A DNA stretch of 64,000 nt, taken from Cyanidioschyzon merolae (lineage: Eukaryota). Within the stretch, counting starts at the first letter, position 1, and each line of letters starts with the position of its first letter. Where the stretch lies: the NCBI GenBank assembly GCA_000091205.1, contig AP006502.2; one strand, written 5' to 3'. Position numbers and translations under genes: made by a program. Positions 41,879 to 51,803 of the stretch are shown piece by piece. Below the pieces are notes generated by a model. That model had not been told where the DNA came from and did no database searches. It saw only the letters and a program-made list of their open reading frames with translations.

Positions 41879-43546
41879 GTGGGCTTAAGCAGTAACATGC
41901 GCAACCCACAGGCTTGCGCTTCCGCAGAGGCGACAACGGATCACTCTGTGCCGTTCGGTGGCATTTCATCGCGAAAGGAAGCGCGAATGTACGGTGCCTG
42001 CCGGTGGCACTGCTGCGTCGCTCACGCTGCGATTGTATTTCGAAGAATGTTTTCGAATTTCGGGATCGTGGCGCAGATATATTCGATTTCGGCTTCTGTT
42101 GTAGGGTGCCAGCGTGGCTATCCCATAGAGTCCTTCAGGGTGCGACGAACGATGACGGCTACTGGGGAGAGCCAGTTTGTCGCGGTATCTGAACTCGCTC
42201 AAGGCGATAATCCTGTTGTACACGTTGAATCACTTTGTTTGCGATGCGAGAAACAGGGCGAAACGCGGCTTCTCCTTGTGCGCATACCGCACTTTCGGGA
42301 AGTACTTGTGTCCTCTTTCAACTGTCCAAACTGTGGCTGGCGAGACAGCGGCGTTCAAGAAACTGCGGAAATAGGTGAAACTGGGGTTTGCTACGAACTG
42401 GCGGTACGGACGCCAGCTGATCTTCAACGAACAGTAGTGTTGTCGGCGTACGCTTCGGTGCGCGTGCCCGAACTGGAGCTCGAGGCACCAGCTAGCGGCC
42501 GTGGGCGTTTTACCACTGTCGAGGGCCTGGTTACCCAGATGGTAGACGATCTTAGAAGTTATGTGAACGAGTGTGACAAGTTAAGCGAGGACGAAGCAGG
42601 GAAACTCCGCGTCGTCGTTTCCAGACTTGAAGCGTTCGCCGTCGACGGCGAGGGTTTCCACATCATCGTCGACGACCCCGCAGGCAACTCGTTTTTGGAT
42701 ATTCTGGACGCAGATGGCAAACCCTGTAGCTCTGGGACTATGAGGCGGTACCCACGGACGCATGAAATGAATGTTCGTTTGGGTCTCAGTGTGGATGAGG
42801 ATGCTGAACTCAATGGACGGACCTCGCGCACCTTCGATCAAGCCAGCGCGGACGGCCAGCTCACGGCAGTGGACGATGCAGCAAGTACACGCGACGCCGC
42901 ACCTGATTTCTCTCGAAGAGAAGTGCTTCGAATCTCCACAGAATGTCCCGCTTGCGGAAAAATGGGAGAAAATCGCATTCACGAAACCAACATTCCACAT
43001 TTCCGCGATATTCTACTCATTGCATTTACCTGTGAGCACTGTGGGTTCAAATCTACAGAAGTGAAACCGAGCGGCCATTGTGCTGAAAAGGGTCAACGGA
43101 TCACGCTGCATGTGCAGAGTCGCGAGGACTTTTCGCGAGATCTCATCAAGTCAGACACGGCGCGACTGGTGATACCGCAAGTGCATCTCGAATTAGAGCC
43201 GGGCACACTGGGCTCCAAATTCACCACCGTAGAGGGCATTGTGCGAGACGCACGGGAGGCTCTCGGGGACTTGCGTCGATTTGTACAGAGCGAGGACTTC
43301 AAGCCCGACGAGGTTCGACAGCAGCAGGAGCGCTTCCAAGATTTTCTTCGTCAGCTTGATATGCTGCTCGACGCACCGAATCCTCAGTTCGATCTCATTT
43401 TAGACGATCCGCTCGGTAATAGTTACATTCAGAATCCTTGTGCTCCGAATGTTGATCCCCAGCTAGAAATCGAGGAGTATGAACGCACACCGGAGATGAA
43501 CGAGGCACTCGGGATTGTTGCTCCTGCCGAAGGAGCCGGCCGCTAA
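41879..43546 (+). CDS. ZPR1: Zinc-finger protein ZPR1 (two ZPR1-type zinc-finger/A-domain modules). The true start is likely the internal Met 'MTATGESQ' (~42150).
   Basis: 'ESLCLRCEKQGETRLLLVRIPHFREVLVSSFNCPNCGWRDSGVQ' and a second module 'STECPACGKMGENRIHETNIPHFRDILLIAFTCEHCGFKSTEVK'. 'TTVEGLV' and 'IIVDDPAGNSF' blocks. Confidence 0.9.
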   Translation: MGLSSNMRNPQACASAEATTDHSVPFGGISSRKEARMYGACRWHCCVAHAAIVFRRMFSNFGIVAQIYSISASVVGCQRGYPIESFRVRRTMTATGESQFVAVSELAQGDNPVVHVESLCLRCEKQGETRLLLVRIPHFREVLVSSFNCPNCGWRDSGVQETAEIGETGVCYELAVRTPADLQRTVVLSAYASVRVPELELEAPASGRGRFTTVEGLVTQMVDDLRSYVNECDKLSEDEAGKLRVVVSRLEAFAVDGEGFHIIVDDPAGNSFLDILDADGKPCSSGTMRRYPRTHEMNVRLGLSVDEDAELNGRTSRTFDQASADGQLTAVDDAASTRDAAPDFSRREVLRISTECPACGKMGENRIHETNIPHFRDILLIAFTCEHCGFKSTEVKPSGHCAEKGQRITLHVQSREDFSRDLIKSDTARLVIPQVHLELEPGTLGSKFTTVEGIVRDAREALGDLRRFVQSEDFKPDEVRQQQERFQDFLRQLDMLLDAPNPQFDLILDDPLGNSYIQNPCAPNVDPQLEIEEYERTPEMNEALGIVAPAEGAGR

Positions 43547-43837
43547 TGCACCCAGAGGTTTTGGTTTTCGATGGAGCATCGCAGGACATGGATGATCGTC
43601 TGAATCGAACAGTGCCTTTTGCGCCATCGAGAAGAATCATGGAACGCAGCCCACACGACCTTGATATCATAGAGTTCCCGCGCCCGATCAGTTCTCTGAA
43701 ATTGCCGCTGCCGCCGGGTTATGCGCGCGGCAGCAGTCAGCCGTTTTATTTGGTATACACGAAGGTGGGTCGATCCGGTGAGGCGCGAGCGCTTCCATCC
43801 AGCGTGTAGAGGCCTGGAGCTCGATACATGGATTGGA

Positions 43838-44985
43838 TGTCATATATAGAACTGGGGCAAACCTAGCTGCACCGCTGTCGGAATGAAGCGGAAAAGGCCT
43901 GTACAACAAGTGCGCAAACTAGTGTTCTGCACTGTGTTCCAATTATCATTTAAACCAGTCTTTACGGTTTGTGTTCCTTGGCTGGTTCCTTTTACACGCT
44001 CTCATCTCGGGGTTTAAAAATGATGGCATGCCCTTTCACATCAGATTCGTTGTCAATATTCGGAGGATAATGAAGGCAGCACTCAAGTCCCGATTTCCCT
44101 GTTTCCGGCAATTGCAAACGCGTTTCGTGTAAAGGCAAATGTTGCGATCTACGACTCTTTCTCGTATACAGCCTTGGTGCATCCTTTACAGCAGCGACAC
44201 TATGGCATGGTCAGGTGTTCCCGTATGTCCTTCAAACCTATTCCTCCGATCGCCGCCCGGTGGCGCGACAAACGCTTAGTTCGTCGCCCGGTACATGCGC
44301 TTAATGGACACAGCGGCTACCAAGATGCTCTCCTCTGTTTAAGCGCCCAGTGCCGCAGCCCACGATCACGGGCTCTTTCGGGGCCACGCACTCGGCGCGT
44401 ACGCTGTCCGCTACACACGCAAGCACACGTTGCTCCATTCGATAGAGATTTTCTGGAACGCGCTGCTGTCCATCATAGAGCAATGCTCGGAAGCGGAAAT
44501 CCACGCTGCATATCAAGTCGAGAAACGTCGTTCTGTCCAGGCTTGGCTCTGACAGAGCTCTGACGCAGTTGCCACCGAGAGCGATCGCTGCGGTGACGCA
44601 AGCCCCAGTACGAGACACGTTTCCACGCAAACGGAAGAGATGGAAGCCTCTGGCTGCATGCCCGGCAGGATGCATCAAGCTGATGTGGAATGCGGTCTCA
44701 CCGTGGGCCACACTGAGAATAGGATTTGCGTTTCGAACGGCTCGAGTATTTGAAGCGACAGTCTCAGTGACCTTGGGGCATGAGCTTGTGAACCAGTGGT
44801 TCAGAGACGACGTCGGGTATTTCTCCTGCTCAATACGACGCTGGCGATTGCTGGGCGCTCGAGCTGCCTTGAAACCGGAGATCGAAACGTGAAAAAAGCG
44901 TGATTGTAGCATGCTACGCGGGAAGAGAGAAGAAAAGCAGCGGCTTGGACGTGCGCATTGGACAATGATGCCAGATGGCTTAAAA
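43838..44985 (-). mobile_element. Family B copy B5 (inverted), with an intact 203/224-aa ORF (44301..44912).
   Basis: The ORF is near-identical to those at 59828..60502 and 62545..63219. The reverse-complement terminus 'tgtcatatatagaactgg' is at about 43838. Confidence 0.6.
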
Positions 44986-45245
44986 ACGTTTATATGAACT
45001 CGCCGAGAATCGCCTTGATTCCAGTGACGGGACGCTTTCCAGCTGCAAAGAATCGAAACAGCGACTTTTAAAAGATAACCGATAATTAAAAAGTTCCAAA
45101 CGGATGTGTAAACCCCTCATGTTGGAATTCGAATATCGAAAGTGCATATCTGACATCTCGTTCAGAAAAGCATCGAGAGACACCACCGCCTCTCGAAAGT
45201 CGAACGACGTCGCCGGCAGTGTACAGTAGTGGCAAGTGACCCGCC

Positions 45246-47383
45246 CTAGACGAAACGTCTCCGACTGACGTGCAGACGCCTGCCCGTCTTTTTGGACCGG
45301 CCATCTACTACTGCTTCCATCTTCTTCTCATATAATTCAACTTTGAGAGGTTGTCCAATAAAGTTTTCTCTTGTCAGCTCTGGAGGTCTCTTCTCCAGCA
45401 CCGCACATCTCCTTATATTGATTGCGGCGATAAAATCTCGGTTCACAAACTCCATACGTTTCTTGCCATCATTCCTTGTACTCACCAGTGCAAGCAATCC
45501 TCGAACATTCTCCCTCCTTTCCATTTCCTCTTCCGTCAGCGGCCCGTACTTTTTTATGTTCCCAGGGCTCTATTGGCAATTTTCTATCTCCACTCTCTGA
45601 AGTACGCACCCCAGTTCATGGTGTGTATACGAGGTTCGAAACTCATCAACAGGTATCGTGGCGAAACGCCTTGCGCATTCCCTGTACGTTCTTGTCGTTG
45701 GAGTTGGCGTACAACCTTTTTTAGGCGCCAAGCACCCTGCCCCGTACGCTACTACGAGCCTTTGAGTCTTGTCCTCTTTGACGGCACTCAACTAATTGAA
45801 AAAGTTGGCAAACGCCCGCTGCCTCCCACCGTATAGATTCATTCGCAAACGAGCCCACCAGGGCTTGGTATACTCCTCCCACAGCGCATCCCAATGGGCA
45901 ACACGAACTTGCATGAATTTCAGAAAAGCTTCAAAGTCCGCTCCGCGGCTCGTCACCTCGCTCAAAGCTTCCAGGTGATCCTTCATTCCTGCATTCCGTA
46001 TCTCAATTTTCTTCCTCGCATTCGTTATACCCGATTCTCGATAATATATCGCTCTCGAGAGCCTCATCAGACGCATGTCTTTCTGACGTAAGTTGCCGTC
46101 AGCACCATCTTCCGCACGCTTCGGTGCTGCGATGGTTATGATATTCGTATTCCCGGGGCCCGCGCCAACGACAAGGTCGTTATCCTGCACTTTCTGTGTA
46201 TCAGGGCCCGCCTTCTTGTTTTCTTCATGCTTCGCCGCGCCAACCATAAAGGCGTTATCCTGCACCTCCTGCATCACAGGATCCGCTTCCTTCCCATCTT
46301 CATCCTTCGTCACGTCAACGACAAGGTCGTTATCCGGCATCATCTGCGTCGCATGATCCTCCTCTTTGTTTTCTTCATGCTTCGCCGCGTCAACGACAAG
46401 GTCGTCATCCTGCACTTCCAGTGTGGCAGGTTCGGCGTCCTTCTCATCTTCATGCTTCGCCGAGGGCGGGACCAAACGATCTGCCTTCAATCGCCGATTG
46501 TGTGCACACAAGTCTACTCCATCGGTTTCGATCATCCCAGTGAATACATTTTGTTTGCTCTTTTTGAGACGTTTGAAATCGAAGATATTCTTCCAGTGCG
46601 TCTCCCGGTTTTCGCCAGTGAAGTCCTCCCTGCGAACATTGAACTCCGGACAGATCTCCCTCATGATGCCATGAGGGACGCCAGAGTCGATAGTCACAAA
46701 ATGTGACTTGGTGTTGCATAATGGAACAACGTCGAAGCGCTTCCCCATTAGGAGAGCCTTCCGTCTCTCCCATTCTTCATTTTTTCCTCACTCAGCTTTA
46801 TTTCCGCCTTGCGTTCGAGCTCTCGGTCCAGAAACGCGAACTAACATAGGATGAGGCGATAGTATCTTTCCTTACCTTTTTTCAACTTTGATATCTTGTC
46901 TGTTGGATTCACCAGCCCCATGACTGCACGGTCTTCTTGTATAAGCGCACGGATTACAGAAGCTTCATTCGTGCTCTCTTTTGACGCCTTCTTGTCGACA
47001 AATTCGACCTCATCTTCATGCTTGCGATCGTTCGTGATGCCATTGATAATCGCCCATTTTCCTTTGCAAGAGATGCCCGAGTAGAGTGCAAACACGGCGC
47101 GTATCATGAAACGTTCGAGGTTCATTGTCAAATAGTTCTTCAGATTCGTGAGGTACTTCATCGCCCCATAGTCGTAAATATCCCGGTCACACTTGTATCG
47201 AGTACCGTTGAAGCTGTAAAAGGGATGTTTTTCGTGCAAGGCATGCACTAGCACATTTTCCCCCTGCGCTTCCGCTGTACCAAGTATCAGGTGAGGAATA
47301 AAGGTCTTATCGAAAAACACGTCCGGAATCTCGACCGTTTCCATGTACGTCACGTCTTTGTAGATCTCCCTCGCCAAATGCAT
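45246..47383 (-). mobile_element. Near full-length TnpB/Fanzor-like (OMEGA-family RuvC nuclease) element. The coding region (~690 codons) is disrupted by one frameshift (about 46841/46748) and two in-frame TAG codons. Best treated as a recently inactivated copy, or an intron-containing one.
   Basis: Minus-strand reading 47383->45246 gives, in order: RuvC-I-like '[11 protein letters not shown]'; an acidic tandem-repeat insertion; RuvC-II-like 'LSEVTSRGA'; 'ALWEEY...LRMNLYGG...RLVVAYGAG'; 'IPVDEFRTSYTHHELGC' (TnpB 'VdpxyTSqxCsxCG' position, zinc finger degenerate); RuvC-III 'KKRMEFVNRDFIAAINI'. The whole region is AT-richer than the flanking host genes. Confidence 0.6.
46100..46450 (-). repeat. 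Coding tandem repeat (about 75-78 bp / 25 aa, about 4 units) inside the Fanzor-like ORF.
   Basis: Protein repeats '[21 protein letters not shown]', '[59 protein letters not shown]'. The + strand ORF track shows the same periodicity (HKGVILH... / NDKVVI...). Confidence 0.7.
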
Positions 47384-48829
47384 CAGTCCCGACGACGCCT
47401 TGACGATACTCTTAGAGTACGAGTCGACACGTTATTTTTATAGCATCTCGCAACTTTTCCCTGTAGGGATCCTTGATATGTTCAAGAAAACAGGTCTTCA
47501 CCACCATCTCGTCGTAGAGTTGTCTTCCCCGCGCAGCCTTCGACTTAGGGCATCCCCCTTTCGGTTCTTCTCCTCTTCCATTTCTTCTGGACTCGGCACT
47601 GTTCTTTGTTTATTTTTATGGCAGCTGGAGACCCTGAGCCTCCAAGATCGTGGACTTGCTTTTTCATAACTTTCCTTTTTTTAGTTTTTTTTTGAAAAAG
47701 AACACTCTTTGAACGCTTCTGTTATATTCTGCGAATAAACACTCGAGTGTTTTTACTTGAGGTTTGAAACACGACTGAGATGAAACAATATATTTTGTTA
47801 CGATTCCAATGCAAATACAAGTCTTACGTTAGAACAAAACGCTACTGATTACGATCGCGTTTCCCTTCAACGGCGACATGCGCGTCGCGTCAGTTGACTG
47901 CCTGATCTCCTTGGTGCGCTCACCGAGCGGGATGCAAACTAGTCACAAACTTTTTATCAAAGATCAACTATCTTAAAAGCCCCACACACCACGCCCGCCT
48001 AAGTGGTCCAATTTTTCCGGAGAAGCTCTGAAAGTGGGTTAACACGAATGTTTGGGCGACGAGGAAGGAAGCCCACTCCAGGGACCTTGACCGCAACGAA
48101 CGGAGGGGCAGAGGCAGTAGCAGAGAATGATGACGAGAATTCGAAGTAGTTATCCGCTGCTCTCGAAACAAGGCTGCAGGTTCGGGCGCAAATCCTGGAT
48201 CCATCCTTGAATTCGGGCTCAGTTTTATGGTCTATCTTGGTTTCTACCTCAACTTTGGAAACAATCTCGGCGGATACTTTGGAAGACGGCTGACAGCATG
48301 TTCGCCGTCGAAGCTGACATAAGCGACTTGCCCGCCTATGTGTTTGGGGAGCGGATACGAAACCGCTGAAAGGGTGGTTTGTAGACTGTTCCCAATGGTT
48401 TAGGGTGGCTTCACGCGTCCGGCAAGATAAAGGTCGCATTTGAATCGACCTTGACTAATGTACTTTTGATTCTATGCTAGCGCTGCGGCAGATACGCAAT
48501 GAACGACTGGAATGCAGGAGGCAATGGTGGCTTGTGCGCTCACATACCCCGTGGAGGGTGCATCTAAATCGACCTTCTAGTCGGAAGGTCCAGCGAATCG
48601 GATACGCACACTGGCACATTGCGCTTTCTGCGCTTACCCACTGTGGTGGGTGTCAAGCACAAACCCGCATTGCCAACCGACAACAACGCATTCCATGCAT
48701 GATCACGAAGGAGAGAGGCGGCTCCCAGAATGTATCCTAACAGCCAAGTTTCTCCAGCGTGTCGTGCAGCGAAGGCAAGCTTGCATCCGCAGACTGTCCA
48801 AGCACAAACTGACGACGAGATCCGATTCT

Positions 48830-49140
48830 ACGTCGGGTGAAGCACACCTCGAGCCGACGCCCTCTGTGGTATAGAAAAGCTGTTCCAGCTCCATGAACTA
48901 TCTGCTCCAGCATTTAAGGTGCAAAGGCGGACACGGAAAGGCAGGTAGTAGGCACACAAAATATGACGTGTGAAACGACCAGAATATCCGAGAATAAAGT
49001 CTGGGTAATGGAGCTTGGAGGCAGGGCGTTTGATGGATACTTTACAGTGCACTGAAAAAACACAAGAAAAGTAAGAAGAAAAATGTACATAATCGGAGAA
49101 CGCTGGCCTAAGTAAACGTTTTGTCGATGAAAAAAATACG
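48830..49140 (-). repeat. Family C copy 3 (inverted), just upstream of the 49203 gene.
   Basis: The reverse complement carries 'catcgacaaaacgtttacttaggccagcgttctccgattatgtacatttttcttcttac...' and 'ctataccacagagggcgtcggctcgag'. Confidence 0.55.
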
Positions 49141-49202
49141 ATACAACGCCAACTGGGCATACGGTTGTATCTCGGGGACGGAGACTTTCGGCGCAGATTC
49201 CC

Positions 49203-51428
49203 TTGCGAAAAAGCACCGCTCTCCGTACTTTTCCGGAAACTCTGGTTGGACAGATGATGAACGGGGCGTGGTGGCAAGAGGCTGTGCTGGACCATAACAG
49301 GGGAGCAGCCGCGCTTGAAGAGCTCTTCGATCGGGGCACCACAAGGACACCAGGGGTCGTGCTTGCGCATGAGCGTAGGCTTCGCGAGCTCAATAGCACC
49401 TTGCACACCTGTTTGCAAAAGTTGCACGCTTTTCGTAAGGCAGCAGAGCAGCTTCCCGCAGAAGAGAGGCGTCGCTTGCTGGTAACGCTTTGGCGACAAA
49501 CCTCAATCATCCACTTTAACCGAGCACTTTTAAGGCTGTTCAACGGGGACGTGTTCGAAAGTCGCCTCGAAGCGCAGACGTCCTTTCGTTGTGCGAGAAG
49601 CGCTGCAGAGCTCCGTCTGGTCGGAATGCTAGAACCGACACCGACCATCGAGATAGAGCAGCCGCATACTCGTTTTGGTGACGACGCCGACATGATGTTT
49701 TCAACAACTTTGCCGGCGGACCTTGGTTGGTCCACTGCAGATGCCGCCCTTGCCCTGGAGCCAGCACTTTTGTTGGTATCTTTATGGATGTGTTCTGGAA
49801 ACAGCGAGGATCTAGTATCTGCGGAGATGTACTGGGAATGCAATGTAGCGCCACTGGTGAGTCTGCTGCAGAAGGCAACACCCCTATCTGACGAGCAGCT
49901 CTCAGCCAAACTTGGGAAAGTCCAAATCCTCCAGACGTTGCTAGAGTGGCGCAGAGGTTGCCGCTCCGCAGAGCACTTCAAGAAACTCTCGGGATCTCCT
50001 CAGGCGGCATACTTGAAAATGATAGGCGCATTCTTGCTTGGTGATCGGCGTGTAGCCGCTTCCACAATTGAGACATACGGGTCTGGTTACCGCCACGAGG
50101 ACGCGCTGCGGCTCGCAGAACGTGTCGACACTCGATCGCACTGCGCGAGGACAGGGTACACACCCAGGAACGGTGCACCGCGAGGTGATGCCCACGTGCT
50201 CTACCAGTCAAAGGCATTGATGCAGCGAGGTGACTGGAATGCTGCCATTCGTCTACTGAGAGCCCTCAACGAGAAAATGCTGTCAACTGTGGGTCACGTG
50301 AACGCGTCACTGGCTAGCGATCGACATGCGAGGCGAGAAATATCAGTGACGTCTCCAGATGACCCCGAGGTGCGATCACGGGGTCTCGACGAGGTGCGCG
50401 CGTCGAGCAAACCCCTCGATGAGAGCGCGAACGAGAGGCTGCCCACTAATCGACATGAATTCGTCCAAACGACATGCACGGAAGCTCGAGCACCCTCGAG
50501 CTTGATAATGACAAAGCTGGGATTTACCCAAGGAGATCGTGGCGTGGTCTGGGCATGGAAAACAGCGCCCTCCGAGGCACGTGCTCTGCTCTGTGCATCT
50601 GCATTAGCGACTGCCCTAGCGTGTGTTCGTCGATGGGATGATTGTTGGTCGGTTTATCACGAATTTCGACGCCGCTGTGGATGGAATTTATGGGCCGACA
50701 CGAGTATCAGCTTCCTACGGGGACTGGTGGATGACTGGCGGCGTACACTGCAGACCGCTCACGCACAGATGCTGCTTAGCTACAGCGAAGCGCTGTTGCA
50801 TCTGGGATTTCGAGAGCAAGCTTTGAAAGTTCTTCGCAAGTTCTGGTCACAATACGGGGAAATCGATTGGGATCCAGCGGTGCACATGCACTTGCGAACA
50901 CGCCACGCCATTCTCCAGGCAGAGTGCGCTATTCACGGTGGTGAAGCGCCTGAGACGATACGCGCCTGCCTCACTGAAGCGCGAATGCATCTGGCTGCCG
51001 GTGCCGCATCGTTGCCAGCTGCGACGCAGGGTATGCATGAATACCTTGTAGGGATGATTACGAATGCGGAGGCCTTGATTGCACTCACCAGCGGCACCGC
51101 ATGCAGTCAGTCGATCCTGGGTCTGCTGGAGACGGCCGCCAAAAAGTCTCGTTATCATACTGCCGTGGTTTACAACTTGACGCTCTTTATTTGGGCAAGA
51201 ATGGGTCACATTACGCGAGCGCTACGCTTATGGCTCCATCACCGAGGTATCGATCCGGATCACCCCAATGCCGCAGACAACGACAAGCTCAGGGCGGACG
51301 CCGCTCCAGACGCGCAGCTGGAGCCCTTCGAAACACTGACACGAGCTTGCATCGCACTGCGACAGCAGCAAATCGCCGACGAGCAGGCGCTCCAGAATCT
51401 CGACTTCCTCGAACAGATCATCAACTGA
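49203..51428 (+). CDS. Hypothetical helical-repeat protein (741 aa), possibly PPR/TPR-like.
   Basis: Long ORF. Degenerate ~35-aa helical repeats (e.g. 'LYQSKALMQRGDWNAAIRLLRALNEKM', 'IWARMGHITRALRLW'). The antisense 355-aa ORF 48914..49981 is judged spurious. Confidence 0.45.
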   Translation: MRKSTALRTFPETLVGQMMNGAWWQEAVLDHNRGAAALEELFDRGTTRTPGVVLAHERRLRELNSTLHTCLQKLHAFRKAAEQLPAEERRRLLVTLWRQTSIIHFNRALLRLFNGDVFESRLEAQTSFRCARSAAELRLVGMLEPTPTIEIEQPHTRFGDDADMMFSTTLPADLGWSTADAALALEPALLLVSLWMCSGNSEDLVSAEMYWECNVAPLVSLLQKATPLSDEQLSAKLGKVQILQTLLEWRRGCRSAEHFKKLSGSPQAAYLKMIGAFLLGDRRVAASTIETYGSGYRHEDALRLAERVDTRSHCARTGYTPRNGAPRGDAHVLYQSKALMQRGDWNAAIRLLRALNEKMLSTVGHVNASLASDRHARREISVTSPDDPEVRSRGLDEVRASSKPLDESANERLPTNRHEFVQTTCTEARAPSSLIMTKLGFTQGDRGVVWAWKTAPSEARALLCASALATALACVRRWDDCWSVYHEFRRRCGWNLWADTSISFLRGLVDDWRRTLQTAHAQMLLSYSEALLHLGFREQALKVLRKFWSQYGEIDWDPAVHMHLRTRHAILQAECAIHGGEAPETIRACLTEARMHLAAGAASLPAATQGMHEYLVGMITNAEALIALTSGTACSQSILGLLETAAKKSRYHTAVVYNLTLFIWARMGHITRALRLWLHHRGIDPDHPNAADNDKLRADAAPDAQLEPFETLTRACIALRQQQIADEQALQNLDFLEQIIN

Positions 51429-51803
51429 TCGCAGCGAAATATCGACGTCGCCCTGCCCGGACAATGTGCTGTGTTTCCGAAAGGCATCCGAAACCGCGTC
51501 GTCGAAGTCGGCACAGCGTGTCGAGCCCGACGAGAGCATTCCCACGAGACAAGACCTGCGTGATATCTCCGCATCTAGACTAGGCAATACGGCAGACGTT
51601 GTTGAACGACAACTGCTGTGCTGAACGCGCGGCTCGATCGATCGGCGATTCGACTCGGGCACGCGTACGTCATGCCCCCCGCCGTGTTGACCCGCTCGCA
51701 TTTATATATGTACTTACATAGCGACAGCTCGCGGTTCGCTCGGCTCCTGGCGTCTGCCACGCAGACTTGTACACCGAGTCGTTCGGTGTGGCGGCAAAGG
51801 CAC

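Noticed and set aside
45246-45524. Apparent one-base disagreement between my hand count of some sequence lines and the ORF-track boundaries (e.g. around 45246 and 45292)
   Set aside because: This is most likely my counting error within long lines. ORF-track coordinates were used for all features. Repeat boundaries given as approximate may be off by a few bases.
48914-49981. 355-aa minus-strand ORF overlapping the start of the 741-aa plus-strand gene
   Set aside because: It is antisense to a longer ORF with a plausible helical-repeat protein. It also spans the inverted family-C repeat. It is judged spurious.
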